Positions 45,569 to 60,500 of a DNA stretch of 64,000 nt are shown here, in pieces. The first letter of the stretch is position 1, and each line of letters opens with the position of its first letter. This stretch comes from Chitinophagaceae bacterium. GTDB taxonomy: Bacteria > Bacteroidota > Bacteroidia > Chitinophagales > Chitinophagaceae. A model generated the notes under the pieces. It saw only the letters and a list, made by a program, of their open reading frames with translations. It was not told where the DNA came from and did not search any database. The translations under genes and the position numbers were made by a program. Where the stretch lies: positions 362,596-426,595 of the forward strand of contig DASPKM010000004.1 of NCBI GenBank assembly GCA_035628135.1, given 5' to 3'.

Positions 45569-48500
45569 TTATTTACCAGGTGCGCAGAGCTTCGACAAAT
45601 GTTCTGATATGATCAGCATATTTTTCGGAAGTGCGAGTACATCATAATGATTGCCGAGCACGTAGAAGTGCGAGAACTTATTCGTGGTGAACTTCTTCCA
45701 TTTCTTCATGTTCACGAAGTCGTCGTCCACATTATCCCTTGCTTTCAATGCCATTATCTCTCCATTAATCGGGCCGCTCATTACGTAGTTGTTGCGCAAG
45801 CTGATGTTATGCAGCCATAGCTCCTTAATACGGACTACGTCCTCATCGCTGAAGCCTACGGTACGCAGTTGGCCGGCGGACCATTCAAAGTCTTCATTTA
45901 ATGCCTTGGCTACTTCTTCGGTGTCTTCTTTGCGTGCTTTCTTTGCCTTCCGTGTCCTGATACTGCTATCGAGCACGACCAGTTTCACGCGGTGGCCGTT
46001 GCGCTCCAGCAGTTTGGCGGTTTCATACGCCATCAATGCCGCAAAGGAGAACCCGAACAGGACTATTTCTTCTTCCTTATCGTGAATGGCGAGGATCTCG
46101 TCCATGTAATGCTTCACTTTCGCGTCCACATGCTCTGCAAATGGCGCGTCTGCGTCAAAGCCTTGGTCTTGCAAGCCATAGCAGTTGAACTGGTTGTCCA
46201 GCTCTGCGGCGAGGCCCATGTACATGATGGACGATCCGATCAGCGCCGGTACGAAGTAAATATTTTGCCGGCCCGGCCTGATGTTGTTGAGATGGATGAC
46301 CGTTCCCTTCATGTAATTGCCGTATGCTATCACTTTAGCCAGCGATTCAACGGTGGGACCATTCAATACATCCTTGAGCGTAAGTTTGGAACCGAACGCT
46401 TTATTGATGAAAGACATCATCTGCACTGCTTTCAGGGAGTGTCCACCCAGCTCAAAGAAATTATCTTCCACTCCTACTTTCTCCCGTTCGAGTACATCCA
46501 TCCAGATAGCGGCTAGTTTTTCTTCCATTGCATTGCGCGGAGCTATGTATTGTTTGTCTGATCTCTTATCAGGCTCAGGCAGCGCTTTCTTATCGATCTT
46601 GCCATTGGGTGTAAGCGGCATTTTTTCCAGTTGCACGAACCAGGACGGCATCATGAAGTCCGGCAGCTTGCTGCGCATATAATTCCTGATGGTATTGACT
46701 GGTATCACGGTATCGGCGGTGTAGTACGCTACCAGGAATTTATCGTCCTTCTTCTCCTTGCATACTATGACGCCTTGCTGAATGCCTGTTGTTTCCCGCA
46801 GCACCTTCTCTACCTCACCGGGCTCTATGCGGTAACCGCGGATCTTCACCTGGTCGTCGTTGCGGCCGAAGTAGCGGATGCGGCCGTCGCCAACCCAGCA
46901 GCAGATATCACCTGTGTTGTAAAGCCGTTCGCCCTCAGCGAAAGGATTTTGCACGAAGCGTTCCGCGGTAAGGTCTTCGCGGTTGATATAACCTCTTGCA
47001 AGACCTGCACCGCCGATGTACAAAGTGCCTGGAATTCCTTGGCCCACAAGCTGCATGTGCTCGTCAAGAATATATGCCTGCGTATTGCGCAGCGGTTTAC
47101 CGATGAGCACCACTTCGTCTGCGGATTGCAGCTGCACCTGTGTTGCATAGACGGTGACTTCTGTAGGACCGTACATATTCCACACCTTTCCGGTGCATTG
47201 CAGCAAGTGTTCAGCCAATGCCTGTGGAATGGATTCTCCGCCTGAAATGATCCGCAGGTCCTTGCTTCCCTCCCACGCGGTAGATGCCAGCATGTTCCAG
47301 AGCCCCGGCGTGGCCTGCATAATGGTTGGTCGTGTGGAGCCGATCAGTGCACTGAGTTGCCGCACATCCCTGATCGCATCGTTGGATGCCAGTACCAGTT
47401 GTGCACCGGTAACCAACGGAAGCAATATCTCCACTACCGACATATCGAAGGCGTGCGTGGTAACTGCCAGCAGCACATCGCTTGCGGTGATGGAGATTTC
47501 ATCGCCAACACCGTTCAGCATATTCACTACGGAATGGTGCTCTATCATTACGCCTTTGGGCTCGCCGGTGGAACCGGAGGTATAGATAACATAGGCGAGA
47601 TGATTGGGCTGTGCACTGTTGACCGGATTATCTGTCGAATAATTGCCGAGCGTTGGTGGATTGTCGCTGTCGAGCACCAATTTGGCCGCACTGTTTTGCA
47701 ACATGTATTGCACACGGTCTGAAGGATAGTTCATATCTATGGGCAGGTAAGCCGCCCCTGACTTGAATACGCCCAGGATGGCGATCACCAGCCATTCATC
47801 GCGTTCCATACGGAGGCCTACCAGTTCCTCGGGGACTACCGAATGTTCTTCTATAAGATAATGCGCCAATTGATTGGCTTTTTCATTCAGCTCCTTGTAC
47901 GTAAGCTTTGCATCACCGGATATGACCGCGATGGCGTCGGGAGTTTGTGCTGCCTGCGCTTCGAAACGTTGAACCGCGGTGTTAACGGGCGCTTCATCCA
48001 CCTGTACATCTTTGTTTGGCTGGAGCAACTTTTCCTTTTCCTGCTCATCGATGTATTGATAGGTGTGCAATGGCTGGGCTGGATCGCTCAATACGGCATC
48101 CAGCAGGGCTTGCAGGTGGTTGCCCATCCTTTCGATACGCTCTGTGTTGAAGATATCGGTATTGTATTCCAGTCCCAGGCTAAGTCCCCTGGTTGTTTCG
48201 GCGAAGAAGAAGGATACGTCGAACTTACTGATAGGCATGTTCAGCGAAGCATCGTCGTTAGACACATCTATGCCTCCCATTACTTCTGTATCGTTCTCAT
48301 TACCTTCTACGTTGTTGGTGAGCGTTACCATCACGTCGAACAGGGCTGAACGGCTCATGTCACGCGCAAGATCGAGGTCTTCTACCAGGCGGTCGAACGG
48401 GTATACCTGGTGCCGGTATGCGTCTAACGCGGTGTCTTTCACTTGTTGGAGCAGTTGTATGAAGCTGTCATGCTGATCGAATTGCGTGCGAAGCGCCAGT

Positions 48501-51500
48501 GTATTCACATAAAATCCTATTTGGAACTCAAGGTCCGGGTGTTCTCTTCCTGCAACCGGCGAACCGACGATCATGTCTTGCTGACCGGTATAACGGTATA
48601 ACAGCAACTTCACCATTGCCAGCACGCCCATGAACAAAGTAGCGTCCTGGTCGCGCACCAACGCCAGCAGTTTATCACGATGCTCGGCAGAGAAGTTTAC
48701 ATACAGCACGTTGCCGTTGTATGTTTTAACAGGCGGGCGCGGACGGTCGCCAGGTATCGATAATACCGGCAGTTCTCCTGATAATTTATCCAACCAGTAT
48801 TGCTGATGTGTTGCCAGGTTTTCGCCCTCCAGTTCCTGCAGTTGCCAGGCAGCATAGTCCTTGTACTGTATGGTGAGGTCAGGCAGGTTGGGTTCTTTGC
48901 CTTTGTGGTACGCATCGTACAATGCCAGCACGTCCTGTATCAACACATTGTTCGACCAGCCGTCGGATATGATGTGGTGTACGTTTAGCAGGAAGTGGTA
49001 CTCGTTGTCTTTTACATGCAGCAGCTTCACGCGCAGCAACGGCCCATGTTGCAGATCGAATGGTTGAACAGCAGCTGCCTGCATTTCGGCTTGCGCAATT
49101 TGAAGCGATTCGCTTTCATTGCGGAGGTCTATATATTCTACTGCGCATTTGCTTTCTGCGGCGGGCAGTATGCGTTGGCGAGGCTCACCATTTACAACCT
49201 CAAATACCGTGCGCAGGCTTTCATGCCTTTGCACCAACGTGTCGAAGGCTTTCTCCAATGCTTCGCGGTCGAGATCACCCACGAATGTGTACGTGATGGG
49301 AATGTTGTAAGCTACCGCCACTTCTTCGAATTGATTGAGCACCCACAGGCGGCGCTGCGAATGTGAAATGGGGTAAGTTTCCTGTTCCGGTACTCTTTCT
49401 ATCGGCTTGTAAGCTTCGCGGCGCGAGTTGGTTACGAGAAGGGCCAGCTCTGATAATACGCCGTGCGTGAACAATTCATTCAACTCCAGCCTGACCGACA
49501 GGTCTTTATAGATGCGTGTCATCACCTGCACGGCTTTCAATGAATGCCCGCCGAGGTCAAAGAAATTATCGGCCATGCCTACCTGTGCAATGCCCAGCAC
49601 TTCCTGCCAGATGGCGACGAGTTGTTTTTCTATCGCGGTACGCGGAGGAATGTATTCTACAACAGGCCTTCCATCTGCCTGAGGCAAGGCTTTTTTATCA
49701 ACCTTTCCATTTGGCGTTAGCGGAATACTTTCTATTTGCACCAACCACGCGGGTATCATGTAATCCGGCAATTGCTGGCGGAGGTATTCTTTCAATGCAG
49801 CTGGTTCAACCGCCTCTTCCGCGGTGTAATACCCTACCAGGAACTTGTCATCCCGCTTTGACTGCATAACCACCACCGCTTGCGCGATAGCATGATGTGC
49901 GGTCATCACGTTTTCTATTTCACCTAATTCAATGCGGTAGCCGCGCATCTTTACCTGTTGATCTATACGGCCCATGTATTCGATGTTGCCATCGGGCAGC
50001 CAACGTCCAAGGTCGCCGGTTTTGTACATTTTCGCTCCTTCACCGGCAAATGGGTTCGGGATGAATCGTTCCTGTGTCAATGATTCCTGGTTCAGGTAGC
50101 CGCGTGCGATGCCTGTGCCGGCTATGCAAATTTCACCTGGCACCCCCGCTGGTTGCAATTGCTTCTCAGGACCAAGAATATAGACTCTTGTGTTGTCGAT
50201 CGGCGATCCTATTGGCGGAATAATATCCCTTTTGTTTTCTGCCAATACGTAGTGTGTAGCGACCACGGTGTTTTCTGTAGGCCCATAATTATTGACAATC
50301 CTATAGCAAAGCCCGGAGGTATCTAAGGACAACAGCTTGTCTCCACCGGTTAGCAGGTAGCGTAATGACAGGTCTATATTCCTGGATGCTTTCACAAACT
50401 CAGGCACCAACGCAGTGGCAATAAAGCAATGTGTTGCTTCAATGGTGATCAGTTCCTGCAATATGTGTTTAGCCGATACGCGCTTTTCATCGTCCATAAT
50501 ATAAACGCTTGCGCCAGCGGCCAGGTGCGGCCACACCTCGAATCCAAAAGCATCGAAACCAATACCCGAAATACTAATGACTTTACTCGAATCAGACACT
50601 TCACTAACCCGTTTTTGCCATTCAATGAGATTTACAAAACCTCTGTGTTCGATCATTACGCCTTTGGGTCTGCCAGTTGAACCGGAAGTATAGATAATGT
50701 AAGCGAGCTGTTCCGGTTGAATGTGCAGTTGTGTAAATGTGCAAACCTGCAGATGGTCTGCAATTGATTCATCGTCCAACAAAATAATATCGGCATTAGT
50801 GCCCACGAGCTTCTCTGCAATGGACTTCGTACTGATTATTATCGACGCGTGGACATCTTCCAGCATGTAGCGAATGCGGTCCACGGGATAGCCCGGATCG
50901 ATTGGAACGTAGGCAGCGCCTGCTTTTAAAACAGCCAGCATGGCAACAATTACTTGTGCGGACCGGCCCATGCATATGGGAACCGGTGTTTCGGGTGTTA
51001 TTCCCTTGGCTATTAAATACCCGGCCAACCGGTTTGCCGCTTCTTCCAGCTCTTCATAAGTCAGTCGTTGGTCGCCTGAGGCCAATGCCAGGTTGCCGGG
51101 AGTTTTTGCGGCCTGCTCATTCAATAAGTCGACAATGGTCTTTTCCTTCGGATATTCCACCATTGTGTTATTGTAATCATGCAGGAGCTGGTTTACTTCA
51201 TCGGCCGACAGATACTCATAAGCATGCAATGGTTTCGTTGGCTCGTCCAAAGCTGCTTCGAGCAAGCGTTCCATGTGACGGCACATTCTTTCTATGCTGC
51301 TTTCGTTGAATATATCTGTATTGTATTCGATGGAAAACAGCATGCCGTCAGGCCGCTCTGCAAAGTTGAAAGTAAGATCGAACTTGCTGTTGGGCAGGTT
51401 GAACGAATCATCGTTTGATACATCCACATCGGCCATCACTTCAGTGTCGTTCTTACTGGCTTCCGCATAGTTGGTAACCGTTACCATTACGTCAAACAGC

Positions 51501-54500
51501 GCGGAGCGGCTCAGGTCACGAGGCAGTTTAAGGTCTTCTACCAGCCGGTCGAACGGATATACCTGGTGCTGGTAGCCGCCCAATGATGTTTCCTTTATCT
51601 TTTGCAGCAATTGAATAAAACTGTCTTGCGCATCGAACCGGGTACGTAATGCCAGTGTATTTACATAAAATCCTATCTGGAATTCAAGATCAGGATGTTC
51701 CCTTCCTGCAACGGGTGTTCCTATAATAATATCCTGCTGCCCGGTGTAGCGGTACAATAACAGTTTTACGGCGGCCAATGCTCCCATGAAAAGTGTGGCG
51801 TCGTGCTCACGCACCAGTGCTAATAATTTCTCGCGATGCGCCGCGGAGAGTTTTATTCCAAATTCATTTCCGCTATACGTTTTCACGGGTGGACGTGGAC
51901 GGTCTCCTGCCAGCTCGAGTATGGGAAGTTCTCCTGACAATTTATTCAACCAATATTGCTGATGTCCGGCCAGTGCCTCTCCTTCCAATTCCTGTAGCTG
52001 CCAAGCGGCATAATCTTTATACTGGATGGTCAATGGAACGAGGTCCGGTTCCTTTCCGGTATGGTATGCTTCGTACAATGCGAGTGTGTCCTGTATCATT
52101 ACGTTGTTTGACCATCCATCGGACACGATGTGATGAACGTTTAACAGGAAATGGTATTCGTTGTCCTGTACGTGCAGCAGCGTTACACGCAACAGTGGCC
52201 CGTGCAGCAGGTCGAATGTTTCGACTGCGGCAGACTGCATTTCATCCCGTGCTGCTTTCTTAGGATCTTCCTCGTCGCGAAGGTCTTTATAGGTTACCGC
52301 AAACCTGGTTTCTTCAACGCTGAGTATCCGCTGGCGGGGTTCGCCATTGACTATTTCAAATACGGTGCGCAGGCTTTCGTGACGGGCCACCAATGCATGG
52401 AAAGCCCTTTCCAATGCGTCGCGGTCCAGTTCTCCTACGAACTTATAGCTAATTGGAATGTTATAAGCCGCATTCACTTCTTCGAACTGGTTAATTACCC
52501 ACAGGCGACGTTGTGAATGTGATACGGGATAGGTCTCTTGCTCTTCAACGCGCTCAATAGGCTTGTATGCTTCACGACGCGAGTTGGTTACCAGCACAGC
52601 CAGGTCTGCAAGCACGGCGTGGGTAAACAGCTCGTTCAGTTCGAGCTTCACTGAAAGGTCTTTGTAAATGCGCGTCATCACCTGCACTGCTTTCAACGAG
52701 TGGCCTCCAAGGTCGAAGAAATTATCAGCCATGCTTACCTGTTCGCGGTCGAGTATTTCCTGCCAGATAGCGACGAGCTGTTTTTCAATGGTGGAGCGGG
52801 GTGGAATGTATTCAACAAGCGGCCTGCCATCTGCCTGCGGCAAGGCTTTCCTGTCTACTTTACCATTAGGTGTCAGCGGAATGTTTTCCAATTGCAATAA
52901 CCAGGCAGGTACCATATAGTCGGGCAGCTGTTGCCTTAAAAATTCTCTCAGTTCCACGGCGTTCAGTGCAACATCCGCCGTATAATAGCACACCAGGAAT
53001 CTATCGTTGTGCGTTGTGCGCAAGATGACTACAGCCTTTCTTATGCCGGGATAGGTAGCCAGCACGTTTTCTATTTCTCCCAATTCAATGCGATAGCCCC
53101 GTATTTTCACCTGTTCGTCTATACGGCCCATGAATTCAATATTGCCATCCGGCAGCCAACGGCCAAGGTCTCCGGTCCTGTATATCTTGGAACCGTCATT
53201 GGCATACGGGTTGCTTGCAAATCTTTCCTGCGTCAATGCTTCGCGGTTAAAGTATCCGCGTGCAAGGCCGGCGCCTGCTATATAAATTTCACCGGGTACA
53301 CCAACAGGTTGCAATTGTTTTTCACTACCTAATATATAAACGCTGGTATTGTCTATCGGTTTTCCGATAGGCGGCATAACGTCTTTGTTGACCTCGGCCA
53401 AAGTATAGATAGTAGTAACAATCGTATTTTCAGCAGGGCCATAGTTATCTACGATTTTGTATGCGAGGCCTTGAATATCCAATGATAAAAGCTTGTCACC
53501 ACCGGTGAACACATAACGCAACGACATTTCTACATTCCTGGATGCTTTTACAAAATCGGGCACCAGGGCCGTGGGCATGTAGCTATGCGTTATTTCGTCA
53601 TTCGTCAACTGTTGTAACAATAGTTGTGGTACAACACGCGTATGATCGTCTACAATATGAATGCTGGCGCCCGCTGAAAGGTAAGGCCAGGTCTCAACTC
53701 CAAAAGCATCGAAGCCCACACCTGCCATGGTGGTAGCACGACTGGAAGCAGATACGCCGAACACCCGCTTGTGCCATTCTATCAGATTCGCCAGGTTGCG
53801 GTGCTCAATCATGACCCCTTTGGGCTTGCCTGTAGACCCGGACGTGTAAATGATGTAAGCAAGGTTGTGCGAGTGCGGACGTAAAGGTGTGGTGGTTTGG
53901 AAATGCAGAGATGGCAGCTCATCATCTATTAGAATGGCACTGATGCCTTCACTATTAATTTTATCCAGGACGGGTTTTGTCGTGATGAAAATGGTAGCGC
54001 CGGTGTCTTCCAGCATGTAGCGGATGCGGTCGGCGGGATACTCCGGATCGACAGGAACATAAGCCCCGCCTGCCTTCATGATGCCGAGCATGGCTACGAT
54101 AAGGTCGATAGAACGGTGGATACATACCGGTACGGGCATTTCGGGTGTGATCCCTTTTTGCAAAAGATGGCGGGCAAGGTCAGTTGCCTTCTCGTTCAGC
54201 TGTTCATACGTCAGTTGCCGTTCTCCATGCGACAGCGCCAGATTGGCTGGCGCATTTGCAACCTGTTGTTCAAAAAGATCAATGATGGTCCTGTCCTGCG
54301 GGTAGTCAACAGTGGTATTGTTGAAGTCCTGCAGCAACTGCTTCTGCTCTTCCTGAGACAAATATTCATACGCATGCAGCGGCTTGGCTGGCTCGGCAAA
54401 AATTGCATCGAGCAAGCGCTGTACATGGCCGCCCATCTGTTCAATACGCTCATCGGTGTATATGTCCGTGTTGTATTCAATGCACAGCAATATTCCATCA

Positions 54501-57500
54501 GCGTGTTCCGTAAAGTTGAATGTGAGATCGAATTTGCTTATGGGCAAGGTTACCGAGTCGTCGTTGGAAACATCTACTTCCGACATAGCTTCGGTATCGT
54601 TCTTGCTGCCTGCCACATGGTTTGTAAATGTCACCATCACATCAAATAAGGGCGAGCGGCTCATGTCTCGTGGCAGATTGAGGTCTTCTACCAACCGGTC
54701 GAATGGATAAACCTGGTGCTCGAATCCGCCCAACGAGGTTTCCTTCACGCGCTGCAGCAATTGCCTGAAATTGTCGTTGGCATCGAGTTGAGTGCGCAAC
54801 GCAAGGGTATTCACATAGAAGCCTATCTGGAATTCCAAATCGGGGTGTTCCCTACCCGCCACCGGCGATCCAACGATAATATCTTGCTGGCCGGTATAAC
54901 GGTACAGCAACAGTTTTACAAGCGCCACCGAGCCCATAAACAATGTTGCGTCCTGCTCGCGCACCATTGCCAGGAATTGTTCCCGGTACTGTGCGGGAAG
55001 CTTGACTCCCCATTCCTTTCCGTTGTAGGTCTTTACTGCCGGCCTCGGCTTGTCTCCCGCCAGTTGAAGCACCGGCAGTTCACCTGATAATTTATCCAGC
55101 CAGTATTGTTGGTGTGCGACAAGGTTATCCCCGCTCAGCTCCTGCAATTGCCAGGCTGCATAATCCTTGTATTGAATGATCAGTGGTGGAAGATTAGCTT
55201 CCTTGTTATTATGGTATGCCTCATACAATGCCAATACGTCCTGTATCAGCACGTTGTTCGACCATCCGTCAGAAACAATATGGTGAATATTTAGCAGGAA
55301 CTTGTATTCATCGTCTTGTATATGCAGCAGTTTTACGCGTAACAGCGGACCGTGTTGCAAATCGAATGGCTCAACGGCGGCAGATTGCATTACAGCTTGT
55401 GCGGCCTTCTTAGGATCCTCTTCGTTGCGCAGGTCTGCATACTCTACTGCAAAGCCGCTTTGTTCATAAGTAAGTATGCGCTGGCGTGGCTCGCCATCCA
55501 CCATTTCAAATACGGTGCGCAAACTCTCGTGCCTTTGTACCAGCGTTTCAAACGCAAGCGTCAGTGCATTTGTGTCCAACTCTCCCGTAAATGAATAGGT
55601 CATGGGAATGTTGTATGCGGCTGCCACTTCCTCGAATTGGTTCAATACCCACAACCGGCGCTGAGAATGCGAAACGGCATAAGTGTCCTGCTCTTCCACC
55701 CGCTCAATGGGTTTGTATGCTTCGCGGCGCGAGTTCGTGACCAATGCGGCCAGGTCCGCGAGTACGGGATGCGTAAACAGATCATTCAGTCCAAGCTTCA
55801 CCGACAGTTCCTTGTAAATCTTCGTCATCACCTGAACCGCCTTGAGGGAATGCCCGCCCATATCGAAGAAATGATCGGCCATGCCTACGCGTTCACAATT
55901 CAACACCTCCTGCCAGATAGCAGCAAGTTGCTTTTCTATTGTAGTGCGTGGCGGAATATATTCTACAACGGGTCTTCCATCTGCCTGCGGCAAAGCTTTC
56001 TTGTCAACCTTTCCGTTAGGTGTCAACGGCATGCTTTCAATCTGGAGCAGCCATGCAGGGACCATATAATCGGGCAGGCGTTGCTTCAGGTATTCTTTCA
56101 CTGCTACGGCATCTATAGTTTCATCTGCAGTAAAATATCCCGCCAGGAACTTATCTTCCTGCGTTGTGCGTACAACCACTACTGCCTGGTTAATGCCGGG
56201 GAAGGCCGTCAGCATGTTTTCGATTTCACCAGGCTCGATGCGGTAGCCGCGGATCTTCACCTGCTCATCCATCCTTCCGAGGTACTCAATGTTGCCATCG
56301 GTAAGCCAACGGCCAAGGTCGCCGGTCCTGTATAGCTTAGCGCCTGGTTCATCGCTGAACGGATCATCGATGAACTTTTCTGCTGTAAGCTCTTCACGGT
56401 TCAGGTAACCGCGCGACAAGCCCGCGCCACCTACACATATTTCGCCCGGATTGCCGATAGCAACCAGCTTACGATGTTTATCGAGAATATAAACCTTGCG
56501 GTTGTTCAAAGGACACCCAATGGGAATGGAACGTCGTACTTCCTCGCCTTGTATCGCATAGATCAAAGAGAAGGTCGTGTTTTCGGTAGGCCCGTACCCA
56601 TTGATGATATTGATGGAAGGATAACTTTCTTTCAGTTTGCCGATGTGCCGTTCTGAAAGTTTCTCTCCTCCTACCAGGATGGTTTGCAATCCTTCAAATA
56701 CCGTAATATCGGAATCCACAACCTGGTTGAACCAGCTGGAGGTGAACCACATTTTGCTGACCCGCCGGTTAGTAATTTCATCCTTCAGCAATGCGGTGTC
56801 CAATAGTTTTTCCTCCGCACACATTACCAGTCGGCCACCGTTCAATAGCATGCTCCAATATTCAAATGTGGTAGCGTCGAAGGAAGCTGATCCTGTAGAT
56901 AGCAATATATCATCCACGTCAGATGAAACATGCTCCGTTCCTTTCACCAGGCTCACGACATTACCATGCGTTACCATCACACCCTTTGGAGTGCCGGTAG
57001 AACCGGAAGTGTACATGATGTAGGCAAGGCTGGCGGGATGAACATGTCCAAAGGGCTCCTTCCGGAGCAAACGGACAGACAGTAATTCGTCACTCAATAA
57101 AATAACATCAACGTTGTCACCTGATATTTTATCAACGATTGATTGGCTGCTGATGATCATTGACGCGCCGGTATCCTGCAGCATATAACGGATGCGGTCC
57201 GCCGGATACTTTGGATCGATGGGAACATAGGCACATCCTGCTTTGAGTATGCCCAATATGGCAATGATCAGTTCCGGCGAACGGTCGATACAAACGGGCA
57301 CGGGCATTTCAGCTGTCGCCCCTTTTGTAAGCAGGTGCGCGGCAACACGGTCCGCCTTATAATTCAACTCCTGATACGTCAATTGCTTGTCTTCAAATTC
57401 CAATGCTATGCCTGAAGGTGTAATGGCCGCCTGCTCTTCGAAGAGATCGACGATGCTCTTATCAGCGGGATATTCTGCCGCTGTACTGTTATAGGTTTGA

Positions 57501-60500
57501 AGCAGCAGCTCAGTTTCTTCCTGCGCCAGGTATGCATAATCGCTGACCGGCTTGCCGGGTTCTTCCAAAGCCGCGCCCAGCAAGCTATCCAGGTGCTGGC
57601 ACATGCGCTCGATACGCTCATCGTTGTATATGTCCGTATTGTATTCTATGCACAGCATAATACCGTCCGGCCTTTCACCGAAGTGGAAAGTGAGGTCGAA
57701 CTTGCTGATGGGAACTATCAACTCTGTGTCGGAAATTTCAACGCCATCCAGTACCGGCACTGGTTTTTCGCTGGTGTCTTCGTCGCTGCGGTTTTGCAGG
57801 GCCACCATTACATCAAACACCGCAGAGCGGCTCACATCGCGCGCAAGGTCCAGGTCTTCCACCAAACGATCGAACGGATATACCTGGTGGTTATATGCTT
57901 CCAGTGCGGTTTGTTTCACCTGCTGCAGCAATTCCCTGAAGCCAAGGTTGCCATCAAGCTGAGTGCGCAGCACCAATGTATTTACATAAAAACCAATTTG
58001 TCCTTCCAGGTCCGGATGTTCTCTTCCTGCTACCGGCGAACCGATGATGATGTCGGTCTGCCCGGTGTAGCGATATAACAACAACTTCACTGCAGCTACC
58101 AGGCCCATGAAGAGCGTAGCGTCCTGTTCGCGGTTGAGCGCAAGCAGTTTTTTCTGGCGCTCGGTCGGCAACCAATGATAGCGCTGCTTTCCATTGTGTG
58201 TTTTCACAGGCGGACGCGGACGGTCACCCGGCAGTTCCAGCACCGGCAACTCACCAGAAAGCTTATTCAGCCAGTATTGCTGGTGGGCGGCAAGGCTTTC
58301 GCCGCTTAATTCCTGCAGCTGCCAAACAGCATAATCCTTGTATTGGATTGGCAATGGGGCCAGCATGTTGTCCTTTCCTGCGCGGTGCGCATCGTACAAT
58401 GCCAACACTTCGCCTATCAATACGTTGATCGACCATTCGTCTGAAATAATGTGGTGGATGTTGCAGAGGAATAAATGCTCATCGTCTTTTATCCGCAACA
58501 ATTTTACTCTCAGCAAAGGTCCGCGTTGCAGATCGAATGGTTCTAATGAAGATGCCTGTATCTCATTTTGTGCGGCCAGCTCGGCGTCTTCCTCATTGCG
58601 TAAATCCTTATGATCGACTGCAAAGCCGCTTTGTTCGAATGGCAGTATCCGTTGGCGTGCTTCGCCATCCACCAATTCGAATACGGTGCGCAGGCTTTCA
58701 TGCCGTTGTACCAATTCATGGAAGGCCCACGACAATGCCGCTCCGTCCATTGTTCCCCTGAAGCGATAGCTTAGCGGAATGATGTATGCAAGCGACATTT
58801 CTTCGAACTGGTTCAATACCCACAAACGGCGTTGCGCATGCGAAATAGGATAAGTATCCTGTTCGGGCGCTTTATCTATAGGCTTGTAGGCTTGCCGGCG
58901 CGAATTGGTTACCAATAATGCCAGGTCAGACAATACTGAGTGCGTGAACAACTCTTTCAGCTCGAGCTTCACGGAAAGTTCCTTGTATATCCTCGACATT
59001 ACCTGCACCGCCTTGAGCGAATGGCCTCCGAGATCGAAGAAATTATCGGCCATGCCTACCTGCTGGCGGTTCAGCACTTCTTCCCAAATGGCAACCAGTT
59101 TCTTTTCGATGGTAGTGCGCGGCGGAATGTATTCTCTTGCGGGGCTTCCATCGGCCTGCGGCAATGCCTTCTTATCCACTTTACCGTTCGGGGTAAGCGG
59201 AATATTCTCTACCTGCACAAACCAGGCAGGGATCATATAATCTGGTAATTGCTGCTGCAGGTAGCTCTTCAGCGTGGGAGCATCCAATGTTTCATCCGAG
59301 GTAAAATAGCCCACCAGGAATTTATCGTCTTGTTTGGAGCGTGCGATCACCACCGCCTGCTTAATGGCAGGATGCGAAGCCAATGCACGTTCCACTTCAC
59401 CGGGCTCGATGCGGTAACCGCGGATCTTCACCTGCTCATCTATCCTGCCAAGGTATTCGATGGTGCCATCGGGCAGCCAGCGGCCGAGGTCACCCGTTTT
59501 GTACAGCTTGCTGCCGTCGTTTGTAAATGGATTGTCGATGAATTTTTGTTCTGTGAGCTCGGGACGGTTCAGGTAACCACGGGCCACCTGCGCGCCGCCA
59601 ACACATATTTCTCCCTTATTGCCGGACGTTACCAGCTTATGCGCTTTATCTACGATATATACCGTTCCATTGGTCACCGGCCTTCCTATCGGTAATGAGT
59701 AACTGTTATCTGCCAGTTCCCTGACATGGTGCTGTATCGCCGTTACCGTGATCTCGGTAGGACCATACTTATTATAAAATGCAACCCGATCCATCCATTT
59801 TGCAGCAAGTTCTTTTTTACACAGGTCGCCGCCGGCCACTACCCTTCTTAGGGCGCCCGCATTTTCTCCTTTCAGGTTCTCGAGGAATCCCGGGGTGGCG
59901 TGAAGGTGTGTAATGGATTGGTCGAGCACGAATTGCTCAAACGCATCGATATCGTATTGCAATCCCTGCGGGAACATTACCAACGATGCCCCGTTAAGCA
60001 ATGCAAGGAATATCTGTTCAACCGAAGCATCAAAACAGTAGTTGGAGAACTGCAATATCTTTTCATCACTGGTCATGCCAAAGAAATTGGTTTGGCCTTT
60101 TATGAAGTTCACCACGTTCCGGTGCTCTATCATTACGCCTTTCGGCTTGCCGGTAGACCCGGAAGTATAAATAATATAGGCAAGGTGGTTAGGTTGAATG
60201 TCCGGGTTGATGAATGTGTTGGCGCGCCCGTTGAATAATTCCTCGTCCAGTACAATGGTTTCGATGCCCGTTGTGGGTATTTTATCAACGACGGCTGGCG
60301 TGGTAATGATCATCGAAGCGCCGGTGTCTTCCAGCATGTAGCGGATACGATCGGCTGGATAATCAGGATCGATGGGAACATAAGCGCAGCCTGCTTTGAG
60401 AACACCCAGTATGGCAACGATCATTTCTATCGAACGGTCTATACAGATGGGGATGAGCATTTCCGTAACCGCTCCTTTGGCACTTAAATAATGCGCCAAG